Position numbers and translations under genes: made by a program
Origin: an uncultured Acidobacteriota bacterium
GTDB lineage: Bacteria; Acidobacteriota; Terriglobia; UBA7540
NCBI GenBank assembly: GCA_963804995.1
Contig: CAWDSK010000006.1
Location: 576,001 to 640,000 of the forward strand
DNA length: 64,000 nt
Reading direction: 5' to 3'
Shown here: positions 10,292 to 19,929 of the stretch, one piece after another
Position numbering within the stretch: the stretch's first letter is position 1
Layout of the letters: every line of letters begins with the position of its first letter
The notes under the pieces: generated by a model
Told to the model about the DNA's origin: nothing
The model's database searches: none
The model's input: the letters and a program-made list of their open reading frames with translations, nothing else

Positions 10292-11083
10292 TTATAGGTC
10301 TGCATCGCGCTGCCCGACCCGAATATTTCCGCGCACAGTCCGGATTTCGACCGGCACGCCCCCCTCGCCCAGGCGCGTTCGGCGTGTGGAATCGCCGGGG
10401 ACGGAACTGACTTGAAAGGCGTAGTCTCCCACGATTTTACCCGCCACAGTCGTCAGCTCCAGGTCAGCGTTAGCCCGCGCGGGCAACAGCAGATCCACGT
10501 TGCCATTAAGGGTTTCGAGCTTAAGTGGAAACTGGGGATCGGGCAGCCTGCGCAGCGTAAGGAGAATATTCCCTGTCAGTGCCCGCGCCACCACGGATCC
10601 TGCCACGTTGACACCTTCGATATCACCGTGCAGGCTGCGGGCCTTTACCGCTCCTTCCACATCCCGCACAGCAATGTCGCCTTCAAGGGTACTAAGTTGC
10701 TCCAGGCGCACTTGGCGAGGCACGCGCAGCCGGTAGTCCACACGGATCTTTTCATCAAGCCCCGCCGGATAGAGTGTGTGAAAGGCCAGGCTGCCGTCCC
10801 CCGCTTCCACAGCCACCTCCACGTCGTCGATGCGGTCGGAAGGGCCCGGACTGCGCATGGCTACGGTAGCTTCCACTTCCGCGCGATCCCATCCCTCCAC
10901 AAGGACACTGCCTTGCACATTCTCCACCGAGACCGAACCTCCCGGCGCGAGCGGGAAATGCTTCGCCCAAACACGCTCCATGGTGTAGGCAGGACTCGAC
11001 ACTCCGGCTATGCCGAAGCTGGCTGCCAAAAGTAGGATGACCTTCAGGCTCGGGCGGAATCCCATGTGGTTACTTGTCGTCAT
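10292..11083 (-). CDS. DUF4097-family beta-strand repeat protein (second)
   Basis: Own signal peptide (KVILLLAASFGIAG); VENVQGSV.VEGWDR, LETLNGNVDL, IRTVRGNIRV repeats; appears fused to the upstream gene only through a frameshift. Confidence 0.8.
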   Translation of the reverse strand: MTTSNHMGFRPSLKVILLLAASFGIAGVSSPAYTMERVWAKHFPLAPGGSVSVENVQGSVLVEGWDRAEVEATVAMRSPGPSDRIDDVEVAVEAGDGSLAFHTLYPAGLDEKIRVDYRLRVPRQVRLEQLSTLEGDIAVRDVEGAVKARSLHGDIEGVNVAGSVVARALTGNILLTLRRLPDPQFPLKLETLNGNVDLLLPARANADLELTTVAGKIVGDYAFQVSSVPGDSTRRTRLGEGGVPVEIRTVRGNIRVGQRDADL

Positions 11084-12445
11084 TGTTGCCTTCACCCCGC
11101 TCCCGCCGGTGTTGCTCCCGTTCCTGATCGCGCTCCACACGGCGGCGCTCCTTTTCCGCGCGGCGATCCTCCAGGATTTCCAGGAGGTCGCTTCGCGCTG
11201 TTTGAGATCTTCCATAGACTGCTCGTCGATCTTGCGGATTTCGATATTGCCCGCCACAGTTCGAATCCTCAGGGTATCTCCCCCACCGTTCAAAGCGCCG
11301 CGGCCGCGCAGGGTGGTGGGAACAAATTCTTCTTTTTCACCCTGAATGGTAAGGGGAAAGTCCGAGACGATCTTGTGGCCCGCCGCAGCGTTGATAGCGG
11401 CATCAATGTTAAGCGGAAGATCCATGGGCAGATAGACGAAGACATCTCCCATGGAGGTCTCGAGCTGCGACGGCCCAAAAGTCTTTTTTGTGGAACTGAA
11501 CTGGGCCAGGATGCGCCCCACCGCGGTGGAAGCTTTGACGGCGCCTTCGAGTTGGAGCAAGTCGATGCTACCGCCGGCGGTTTCCACCACCACACGGCCC
11601 CGCGAGCCTTGCATACGGACGCTGCCACCCGCCGTCTCCGCGTGCACGCTGCTGCCGGTCGGACCAATCTGGATCTGGCCGCCCGCAGTTCGAGCCAAAA
11701 CTCTCCCGGCGGCGCCGCCCACCACAACATCGCCTCCCAACGTCTCGGCTTTCAGTTCGCCCCCCACCGCGCCGGTTACGATTTCTCCGCCACTGGTCTC
11801 GAGGGCAGCATCCCCTTTGACATCACCCACGTGAATGGAGCCTCCCGCCGTGCGCGCGATCAGGTCGCTGCCGATTTTGCCGAGCGTGATGCTGCCCCCT
11901 GCGGTTTCCACCTTAACGGGACCCGCCAGATCCGCAGCCCGCACGTCCCCGCCCGCCGTGGTCAGCCTGGCCTCGCCTTGCAAGGGAGCTTCCACCCAGA
12001 TGTCGCCACCCTGCGTTTCTATATCCAGGTTGTAGCGGGGGGGCAAGGTGATCTGAAACTCCACTCCGAAGTTTTCGCCACGACCGAGGCGTCCCGGAGT
12101 TTGACTGGTAAGGTAAATGCCTCCGGCTTCAACCGAGCGGACGTTCAATTGGAAACGCTCAAACCATTGGCGTGCGGTGGACTCGTTAGAGGTGTGGGCG
12201 CGCAGAATCACGACGCACTTCAGCTTGTCGCCGGGTTCCGGCCGGATGTCCACCGCACCCACATCCGCTCGCAGTAGCAGACGCGCCCCCTCCTTGGCGG
12301 GCGCTTCGAATTCCGAGCGCAGTTCCCAACTGGGCCCGCGGCGCACCGGCGAGCCGTGCTTTATCGAGGTCACGTCCAGCGCCGCAAGGGGCCGGGCGCT
12401 CAACAAAGCCAGAAGCACAAAGCTGTTTACCCACTTCTTTCCCAT
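11070..12445 (-). CDS. DUF4097-family beta-strand repeat protein (first), 1-nt deletion near 11171
   Basis: Many TAGGxI/V repeats; adding one G at TGG(G)AG gives the charged tail WEDRRAEKERRRVERDQEREQHRRERGEGNNDDK-stop at 11070. Confidence 0.8.
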
Positions 12446-12461
12446 GGTTCCTTTCGGGTCC

Positions 12462-13406
12462 TCACTTTCCAAATTTCATCACGGCGTCCGCACACCTCAC
12501 CCGGATACAGGAATTCCGATCCGTGGTGGCCAGCTTCTCCAGGGCCTGCTGAATCGCGGGATCGCGGCCCTCTTCCTCTTCGTGATCCACCAGGGCCTCG
12601 AGCGCCGCCACCCGCACGCCGGCATTCGCATCGTGCTGGAGCGCCGCCAATAAGGCGAGATGCACATCGTCGCCGCACTCCATGCCGCGCACTGCCTCCA
12701 GCGCCTCCAAACGCACCCCGGCGTTGGGATCATGCCGTAGCGCATAGAGCAACGCGCCCCGGATGTTGGGATTGTCAAGGTGTGAGCGCAGGGCGTCGAG
12801 CGTGTCGCGCCGAATGCCCGGATTGTCATAGCTCTTCACGGCGTAGACCAGCACCCGCTGAATCTGCGGGTTGTCAAGGGACCCTTCCAGCGTCATTCGC
12901 CGTTCCGCGTCCATGGTGATGCGCACCCCACCGGTTTGAGGGTCGGCGGCGACGCGGCTGATGCCGCGGATCTGCATGTTCTCGAGGTCAGGGTCGGTTA
13001 GAGCGGCGGTATTGACGCCTGCGGGATTGGACGTCAGCCGCCCGGCGTGAGGCCGTAGCCCCCACCCCAGGCCAAACCCGCACAGCACCATCGTCAACCC
13101 CAAAGCAAAACCGGAAGCAGGTTGCAGTCGAAGCACCGGTAAGCCCTGATGGAGCAGCGCCCGCCAACCGTGTTGCTCGCGTTCCAGCGCTTCGTCGAGC
13201 GCCTGGCGCGATTCCGCCAGCAGCGCGGCGGAGGGTTTCGGGCGCGGTCGTTCCGCCAAGGCGCGATGGAGTTGCTCGGTCTTTTCGAGAGCCGCCCGGC
13301 AATTCGCGCATACTTCAAGGTGCGCCTCACACGCGGCTCGCTCCTCCGCGGAGAGCTCCGCGTAAAGAAACAACGGCAGGATCGCTTCGAACTCCAGACA
13401 CTTCAT
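12462..13406 (-). CDS. Zinc-finger (zf-HC2) anti-sigma factor with TM helix and HEAT repeats
   Basis: HLEVCANC motif, TM segment, repeated D.NAGVR..ALEAL. Confidence 0.88.
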   Translation of the reverse strand: MKCLEFEAILPLFLYAELSAEERAACEAHLEVCANCRAALEKTEQLHRALAERPRPKPSAALLAESRQALDEALEREQHGWRALLHQGLPVLRLQPASGFALGLTMVLCGFGLGWGLRPHAGRLTSNPAGVNTAALTDPDLENMQIRGISRVAADPQTGGVRITMDAERRMTLEGSLDNPQIQRVLVYAVKSYDNPGIRRDTLDALRSHLDNPNIRGALLYALRHDPNAGVRLEALEAVRGMECGDDVHLALLAALQHDANAGVRVAALEALVDHEEEEGRDPAIQQALEKLATTDRNSCIRVRCADAVMKFGK

Positions 13407-13431
13407 AGGGCCTTCCTTCACTTTGAAACTC

Positions 13432-14061
13432 CTAAACCAGATCTCCCAATTCCGAGCGCAGTTTCTGGGTGGCGCGAAAGAGACAATTCTTTACCGTCTG
13501 CTCGCTGGTATTGCACATCTCTCCAATCGCCCGCAATTTCAAACCCTGGTAATGTTTCAACTCAAAAACCATGCGCTCCCGAGGGTTCAGCCGGTCGAGC
13601 GCGGCCTGGATGCGGCGGGCAATCTCTTTGGAGTGCGTGGCGCGTTCGGGATCAAGGGTGGGTCGGTCATCCGGCACATTCTGGAAGTACTCGGGCTTAC
13701 CCTCTTCGGGCTGGGGAACCGCGACCTCCTTGCGCGCGTTCCGCCGGCGCAGGTGGTCTAGGCAAACATTGGTCACCACACGATAGAGCCAGGTGGAAAA
13801 GCGAGCCTCCATGCGGAAGTTGCGCAGAGAGCGATACACCTTCAGAAACGCTTCCTGGTATAAATCGCGCGCTTCTTCGGGGGATCCCACGACTTGGAGA
13901 GCCAAGCGTAATACGTCCTTGTCGTACCGGCGCACGAGCGCGTCGAAGGCAGGATGATCACCTTCCTGGGCGCGGCGAATCAAAGCAAACTCCTCGAGTT
14001 CACTCTCCCGCGAAGGTTGTGAAACCACTTTGCCGGCGATCTCCAAGCAAGCGCCATCCAT
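13432..14061 (-). CDS. ECF RNA polymerase sigma factor
   Basis: AFDALVRRY, DLYQEAFLK, FSTWLYRV..N region 2; region 4 HTH (LRAIGEM..SEQTVKNCLFRA). Confidence 0.93.
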   Translation of the reverse strand: MDGACLEIAGKVVSQPSRESELEEFALIRRAQEGDHPAFDALVRRYDKDVLRLALQVVGSPEEARDLYQEAFLKVYRSLRNFRMEARFSTWLYRVVTNVCLDHLRRRNARKEVAVPQPEEGKPEYFQNVPDDRPTLDPERATHSKEIARRIQAALDRLNPRERMVFELKHYQGLKLRAIGEMCNTSEQTVKNCLFRATQKLRSELGDLV

Positions 14062-14090
14062 TGCGACTATGGTTCGAACCCCTCACTGGG

Positions 14091-14120
14091 CTTAGACGCC
14101 CCCCAAATAAAAGGTAAGCA
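14091..14120 (-). promoter_or_regulatory. Putative autoregulatory ECF promoter
   Basis: Minus strand TGCTTACC-N14-CGTCTAA, about 30 nt upstream of the sigma start. Confidence 0.55.
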
Positions 14121-14792
14121 CCAACACATTAAGATGCAAGGGGGTAGAGGCGCGGGTAGCAGTATTGTATGAAAACCGTGGGCCGATTAGTGATTTTTGG
14201 AATCATAACTCGTCGGCGCTACTTCCACCTGTGTCGACCCTGCGCGGTGCTCAGGGCGGGCTCTATAGATTGGCGATACTTCGCCCCGATTTATGGCGTA
14301 ATCCGCGTATTTTCGGGCCCCAAGTCCGATCGATTGCCGTCCATTCTCACAAAATTCCGGAATTTTCTGCAAAAAGCTCGAATAATAGCCTGACAAATTG
14401 TCACCATATCCTGTGTTTTCATACACATCCCCGGATCGACCTTCATTTTTAACATCTCTACGACCACTAGTTGGTCGCCGCTCGGTGTGATTAACTGATT
14501 TAGTTTCATTCACTTGATTTCTGTGCTGGATCATGAATATTGTCGCTAACTAGCTGTATTATCATGAATATCGCCGGGTTCCTGGGATGTGATCGCGATT
14601 TTCCTGTTTGCCGGCCTGCCGAGCATCTTTACTGGCGCATAAACCCAAATTCCAGCTTCCCATTAGTATACTTTATGGTTAATACCCTTGTCAAGACTAA
14701 ACCGCACCTCGGTCCAGCGGAGTGTCGAAAATCAACGGGACCAGAACTCGGGGATTTACTGTCGTGGCGCCCCGTGCCAAGATGGCAAAGTC

Positions 14793-15695
14793 GTGCCGGA
14801 ACTCCCTGATATCGTCGTTTACATCGAAGCCCTGGAGCAGCGCATCCTCCATCAGCGGCTCGAACGTGTCCGCATTGCCAGCCCCTTCCTGCTCCGCACC
14901 GCGCGGCCCCCTCTCCAGGATGTGGAAGGGAAAACCGTCCAGGTGGTCCGCCGCCTTGGCAAACGCATTGCAATCGGCGTCGAAGAAAACCTCTGGCTTG
15001 TGCTTCACTTGATGATCGCGGGGCGCCTGCACTGGCGAGAGGTGGGAGTGAAGCTCACACCTAAGCGGGCGCTGGCGGCGCTGGATTTTCCGCAGGGCAG
15101 CCTGCTCCTCACCGAAGCCGGCACCCAGCAACGGGCCTCGTTGCATGTTGTCCAAGGCGAAGAAGAATTGCGGATGCTCAACCCCGGGGGATTGGAAGTT
15201 CTGGAGTGCGATCTTGGCGCCTTTTCCGCTCGTCTGACTTCAGCAAATCACACGCTGAAACGTGTCTTGACTGATCCGCGCTCGTTTAGCGGTATTGGCA
15301 ACGCTTACTCCGACGAAATCCTTCACCACGCGCACCTTTCGCCCATCGCCATGACTCAACGTTTGAACGAGGAAGAAATCGAGCGCCTGTTCGCCTCAAC
15401 GCGGTCCGTCCTGGTGGATTGGACAGACCGGCTGCGCGCTGAGGCCCGAGGTAGGTTTCCGGAGAACGTGACCGCCTTCCGCGAGGAGATGGCCGTCCAC
15501 GGAAAATACGGAAAGCCTTGCCCGCGTTGTGGAGCCAAGGTGCAACGCATCCGTTACGCCAGCAACGAAACCAACTACTGCGCCCGCTGCCAGACGGGCG
15601 GCAGACTGCTCGCTGACCGTGCCTTATCGCGATTGCTGAAACAGGATTGGCCCCGCACCCTCGAGGAATGGGAAGCACTGCGGCCCGCCCGTTGA
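14793..15695 (+). CDS. Fpg/Nei family DNA glycosylase
   Basis: GTG start giving MPELPD; RRLGK, HLMIAG, GIGNAYSDEIL (H2TH), C-terminal CPRC..CARCQ zinc finger. Confidence 0.93.
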   Translation: MPELPDIVVYIEALEQRILHQRLERVRIASPFLLRTARPPLQDVEGKTVQVVRRLGKRIAIGVEENLWLVLHLMIAGRLHWREVGVKLTPKRALAALDFPQGSLLLTEAGTQQRASLHVVQGEEELRMLNPGGLEVLECDLGAFSARLTSANHTLKRVLTDPRSFSGIGNAYSDEILHHAHLSPIAMTQRLNEEEIERLFASTRSVLVDWTDRLRAEARGRFPENVTAFREEMAVHGKYGKPCPRCGAKVQRIRYASNETNYCARCQTGGRLLADRALSRLLKQDWPRTLEEWEALRPAR

Positions 15696-15781
15696 TATTG
15701 ATGAGAAATCCCTCATCTTCCCCACCCCCTCTGCCGATGATATGTGTGGAAATGCAATTTCTTTCGATTATAGGAGGCGCC

Positions 15782-16289
15782 ATGCAGTGCAAAGTTTTCA
15801 GTATTTCCCTGGAGTCAGAAGCAGCGCTCAATGGGGAGCAGAAGCTGAATGATTTCCTCGATACGACAAATGTGAAGCGCGTTTTTGCTTCACTTGCCAA
15901 TCAGCCGGAAGGTCCCATGTGGTCCCTTCTCTTCCTCTATGAGGATGGTGCGCAGGTAACACACAAAGCTCCGACCAGCCCGGAGGCCACGGTGAATCCC
16001 GGCACTCCCCTAACCGGCGAGCAGGTAAGATCGATCGTCGCCTTAAAGAAATGGCGAGCTGATGCGGCGGCCCTGGAGGGTGTCCCCCTTTACATGGTGG
16101 CGCAGAACCGATGGCTGGAAGAGATGGTTCAAATGCCGGTGAAGACGCTGGACGATCTCAAAAAGGTCAAGGGATTGGGCGAGTGGAGAGTGCAAAAATA
16201 CCGGAACCAAGATTCTCGAGACCCTGAACGCGGCGAATGCGGCTAGGCGTTCCTGGCCATCCTCTTCCTACTCCGCCGGCCGGGCGTGA
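15782..16289 (+). CDS. Stand-alone HRDC-domain protein, 1-nt insertion near 16201-16205
   Basis: ALKKWR..A..EGVPLYMV..N..L..M....TLDDL..VKGLG..RVQKY; removing one base restores KYGTKILETL...stop 16289; SD GGAGG. Confidence 0.8.
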
Positions 16290-16296
16290 TGCGTGG

Positions 16297-18280
16297 TCAC
16301 GCCACGTCCACCACACCTTCGGCAATCTGCCCCAGGTACTGGCCATCCGCCATGATATCGGCCGCCACGGCCACGCGCGATTTCCCGCGGTCCCAGTCGC
16401 CGGGAATGGTCACGCTGAAACCGGTTTTGCCGTCCTTGCCGGCGGGCACTTCCAGGGTGCCAACTTGCGGCGAGGCCTTCCAGCCCTCCGGTAACACCAG
16501 CGCCGCCTCCAGGCGCATGGTGTGCGAGCGATAGTTACGCACGCGCAATTCGAGTGCCGAGGTCGAACCCGCTTTCGCCGCGAGTTGATAGGGGTAAAGC
16601 CGCGCCCAACTGGGGTTCAAGCCGAAATTGGAATCCCGATCCGCGATCACATCATTGAAATAGTCCCGTTGCTTTTCAAGCCGCCGCTCCCAGTCCTCCA
16701 GATCGCCCTTGTTGGCGATATAGGGTTTGACATGACCCGGGGCGATAATATTCGGCTCGTTGTCCAGGATGGTCCGCACCGACCGGATGTGGCTGTCGTT
16801 CTCCACCCAGTTGCGAAAGATCAGGTTGTGGCGAAGCACGAAGGGGGCCCCCATGGAAGAAATCGCGTCGCCCGTAAATGCCACGCGCGCCCCGTCAATC
16901 TCCGCAAACATCGCCATTTGATATTCCGTGTGGCCGGGAGAATGGCAAACCTTGAATTCAAACTCTTCCCACTTGAAGGTTTCGTTATGGTGGAAGGCGC
17001 GATCCACTTTAATGCGTTCGCCCAACGTGCATCCCAGATTGTTCCCCCGCGGATTCTCCAGAATCTCCACCATGTTGTCGTAACACCAGACTTTGGCGTC
17101 ATAGTGACGAACCAGGTGGGGAAAGCCATTCAAGTGGTCGTCGTGCATATGGCTGGGCATGGCCACGTCAATGGACTTCATTCCGTAGCGAGCTTTGAGC
17201 TCGGGGATCGTGTGCTCCACAAAACGCATGCGGCCGCGGATCGGTGCGGCGTTAATGAGGGTGGTGCAGAAATTGTTACTCGCCGCCCCGTAATCCACGA
17301 AGAGCGCCTTGCCACTGTCGCTGATCACGGTGTAGAAGCACGAGGTCGTCTGGAAGGAAGCGATCAGGTGCGGCGTCACTGCAAAAGGTTTGTTGTCGAG
17401 GGTCAGCGCCGTCCCCGGCATATAGGATTCCACCCAGCCGCGCATTTTGGCGATCAGGTCGTTGAACGCCGCATCCCCACTGACGAAGGGCTCACCGTGC
17501 GAGGGACAAATGAATTGCGGCCCCAAATCCCGCAAGTGGGCGAGAGAGTAAATGGCAAAATCCACGCCATCAGTACTCATATATTGATATTGCAGGTCAT
17601 ACAGAGTGATGACCTTACCGGGGGAATGAATCAGGTCCCCGGTGAAGGCCGTCTTTCTGCCATCCACCGTTCCCACCAGGCTGAGGGAGCCGAGCGTGTG
17701 TCCGGGAGTGGGATAGATCAAAAGCTCATAGGGGCCCCAGCGAAAGGTTTCATAGTCGTGCAGCTCACCTGCCACCGGCAGGTTGCGCGTGACCGTGAAA
17801 AAGTCGTTGCGGAACGTCGTAGAGATGGAAGATGCGCCGATTGCGCCAGAAATTCTCCGCATCCTCGAACAGCTCCCGCTCCTGCACGGGCACGTGAATC
17901 GGGATGCGCTCCGCCACCGCCCGCGCATCGCCCTGGCACTGGTCGCGGTGATGGTGAGTGTGCAGGATGCCCTCCACCTTGGTGACACCGATCTGGCCGA
18001 GCAACTTCAGGATGTGGCCGGAGCCAAAGTCGATGAGCAAGGCCTGGTTGCCATCCTTGAGGACGTAAACGTTGCAAGTGTCACGCAAGACGTATAGGTT
18101 GGGGGATATCTGTGTCAGTCCCGCACGGGGCGCAAAGGCAACCTGTGATTCGGCGGGCGAAGCGGCTGCCACACCAGGAGGGGCCGCAGCCAATTCCGAG
18201 GCAATCAAGCCCGCCCCAGCGCTCTTAAAGAAATCCCTCCGCGACACGCCCCGTCGACCCTTTCCCTTTTGCCTCTTCAT
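16297..18280 (-). CDS. Tat-exported double metallo-beta-lactamase-fold hydrolase, 1-nt insertion near 17813
   Basis: SRRDFFK Tat motif; domain 1 THHHRDQ/TPGHT/GD, domain 2 SHMHDDH/SPGHT/GD; ORFs 17765-18280 and 16297-17988 join at HLYDV-RNDFF. Confidence 0.85.
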
Positions 18281-18345
18281 GGCGACCCTCCTCGATCGGA
18301 CGAAAGACTGCAGTTCTGCACGGGTAATTGTACCGGCTGCTTCCC

Positions 18346-19290
18346 TCAGCGTTCACGAGCTTCGATGTGGTCCAGGAACGCTCGCAGTTCCTGCGGCAAG
18401 GGCGCCTCGAAACTCAAGGGCTGTTTCGTGATGGGGTGAGCAAAAGCCAGCCGGGCCGCATGCAGAAAGGTTCGCGAAAGGGTCGGCGCTTCCCCTCCCG
18501 CCACGCGCAGTTTCGCGGGCGCACCGTAAGTCAAATCTCCAACCACCGGGTGACCCAAGGAAGCCAGATGCACGCGGATCTGGTGCGTCCGGCCGGTGAA
18601 CGGCTCAGCATTGAGGAGGGTGAAATCAGGAAAGCCCTGCAACACTTGGAAGCGCGTCAGAGCCTGGCGAGCGGCAATCCCGCCCACCTTCATGCGCGTG
18701 CGGTGCACCGGGTCGCGACCCACCGGCAGATTGATTTCACCGTTGGCCTTTGCCACCCGCCCATGAACCAACGCCACGTAAGTCTTGTGCACTTGGCGCG
18801 ATTTAAACTGCTCAGCCAGGCGGCGATGGGCGGTATCGTTTTTGGCGACGATGACCAGCCCTGAGGTCATCTTATCCAGGCGGTGGACGATGCCGGGCCG
18901 CGTCTCGCCACCCGCACCGGATAATGTCGCAACGTGATGTAACAGAGCATTTACGAGGGTGCCGGATTTCACTCCCGCGCCGATGTGCACCACCATTCCC
19001 GCAGATTTGTTCACAACCAGAATGTCTGCGTCTTCGTAAACGATAGCGAGCGGCAGGTCCTCGGGCGAGGCACGTAGTTCCTCACGCTCCGCCTGGACTT
19101 TGATTCGCGCTCCCGCTTCGACCTCTTTACCGGCCTTGCGGGGTAGCACTCCGCCCAGCGTTACCAGCCCCTGGCGGATCAGCCGTTGAATCTGGCTGCG
19201 GCTCCAGTCCGGCATCTGGGCGGCGAGATACACATCCAGACGTTCGCCCGCCGCTTCCGCGGGGACAACGAACTCTCGTGTCAGCGCCAT
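18346..19290 (-). CDS. rluD: RluA-family (RluD-like) 23S rRNA pseudouridine synthase
   Basis: S4 domain (RLD.YLA..SRSQIQ), VHRLDKMTSG, TGRTHQIRVH; downstream of lspA. Confidence 0.88.
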   Translation of the reverse strand: MALTREFVVPAEAAGERLDVYLAAQMPDWSRSQIQRLIRQGLVTLGGVLPRKAGKEVEAGARIKVQAEREELRASPEDLPLAIVYEDADILVVNKSAGMVVHIGAGVKSGTLVNALLHHVATLSGAGGETRPGIVHRLDKMTSGLVIVAKNDTAHRRLAEQFKSRQVHKTYVALVHGRVAKANGEINLPVGRDPVHRTRMKVGGIAARQALTRFQVLQGFPDFTLLNAEPFTGRTHQIRVHLASLGHPVVGDLTYGAPAKLRVAGGEAPTLSRTFLHAARLAFAHPITKQPLSFEAPLPQELRAFLDHIEARER

Positions 19291-19364
19291 AAACACTCAG
19301 GGAGGTAAGGCTTCAACTCAGCCCTTTACTCAAGCAGTGATTTTCGAGGTTCAAGACCGGAACG

Positions 19365-19865
19365 TCAATCCGAAAAGATCACCTGGATAATCAGCAAGCC
19401 CGCGCCAACCACGATGGCACTATCCGCCAGATTGAAGGTGGCCCAATGATAGCTGCGGATATAGAAATCGAGAAAGTCGACAACGCGGCCCACGCGGATC
19501 CGGTCGAAGAGATTGGACAGGGCGCCGCCCAGAATCAGCGCGAGGCCCAGACTGGTTTCCCACTGCAGGCGCTGCGTCCTCCACACAATACCCACCACGG
19601 TAACAAGCAGGACAGCAGAAATCACGATCAAGAGCCCAGTCTTCCACGGGGCCGGCGATTCCGAGAAGAGTCCGAAGGCTGCGCCGGCATTCTGGGTGTT
19701 GGTCAGGTTGAAGAATCCAGGCACGACAGGGATGATGGCACGGTCGGGAATGCGACTTGCGACCATTGACTTCGTAGCTTGATCGGCCACGAACACGACA
19801 ACCGCGATTGCGACGGAAAGGATTCGCGTGACGATTCCAACTCGGGCATTCCCAAGTGAAGACAT
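19365..19865 (-). CDS. lspA: Signal peptidase II
   Basis: DQATK, NAGAAFG, GALSNLFDR, VVDF, FNLADSAI. Confidence 0.95.
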   Translation of the reverse strand: MSSLGNARVGIVTRILSVAIAVVVFVADQATKSMVASRIPDRAIIPVVPGFFNLTNTQNAGAAFGLFSESPAPWKTGLLIVISAVLLVTVVGIVWRTQRLQWETSLGLALILGGALSNLFDRIRVGRVVDFLDFYIRSYHWATFNLADSAIVVGAGLLIIQVIFSD

Positions 19866-19929
19866 GAATAAACTCAGGGCGGAACTTCTAAAGCGTGGTG
19901 ACGAGCCGGCCGAGTGCGCGGCGACCGCT

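Noticed and set aside
10292..12472. 726-aa double DUF4097 fusion ORF
   Set aside because: An internal signal peptide, and a natural charged tail plus stop in the adjacent frame, show two genes joined by a 1-nt deletion near 11171
16522..17985. 487-aa plus-strand ORF
   Set aside because: Antisense shadow of the MBL gene
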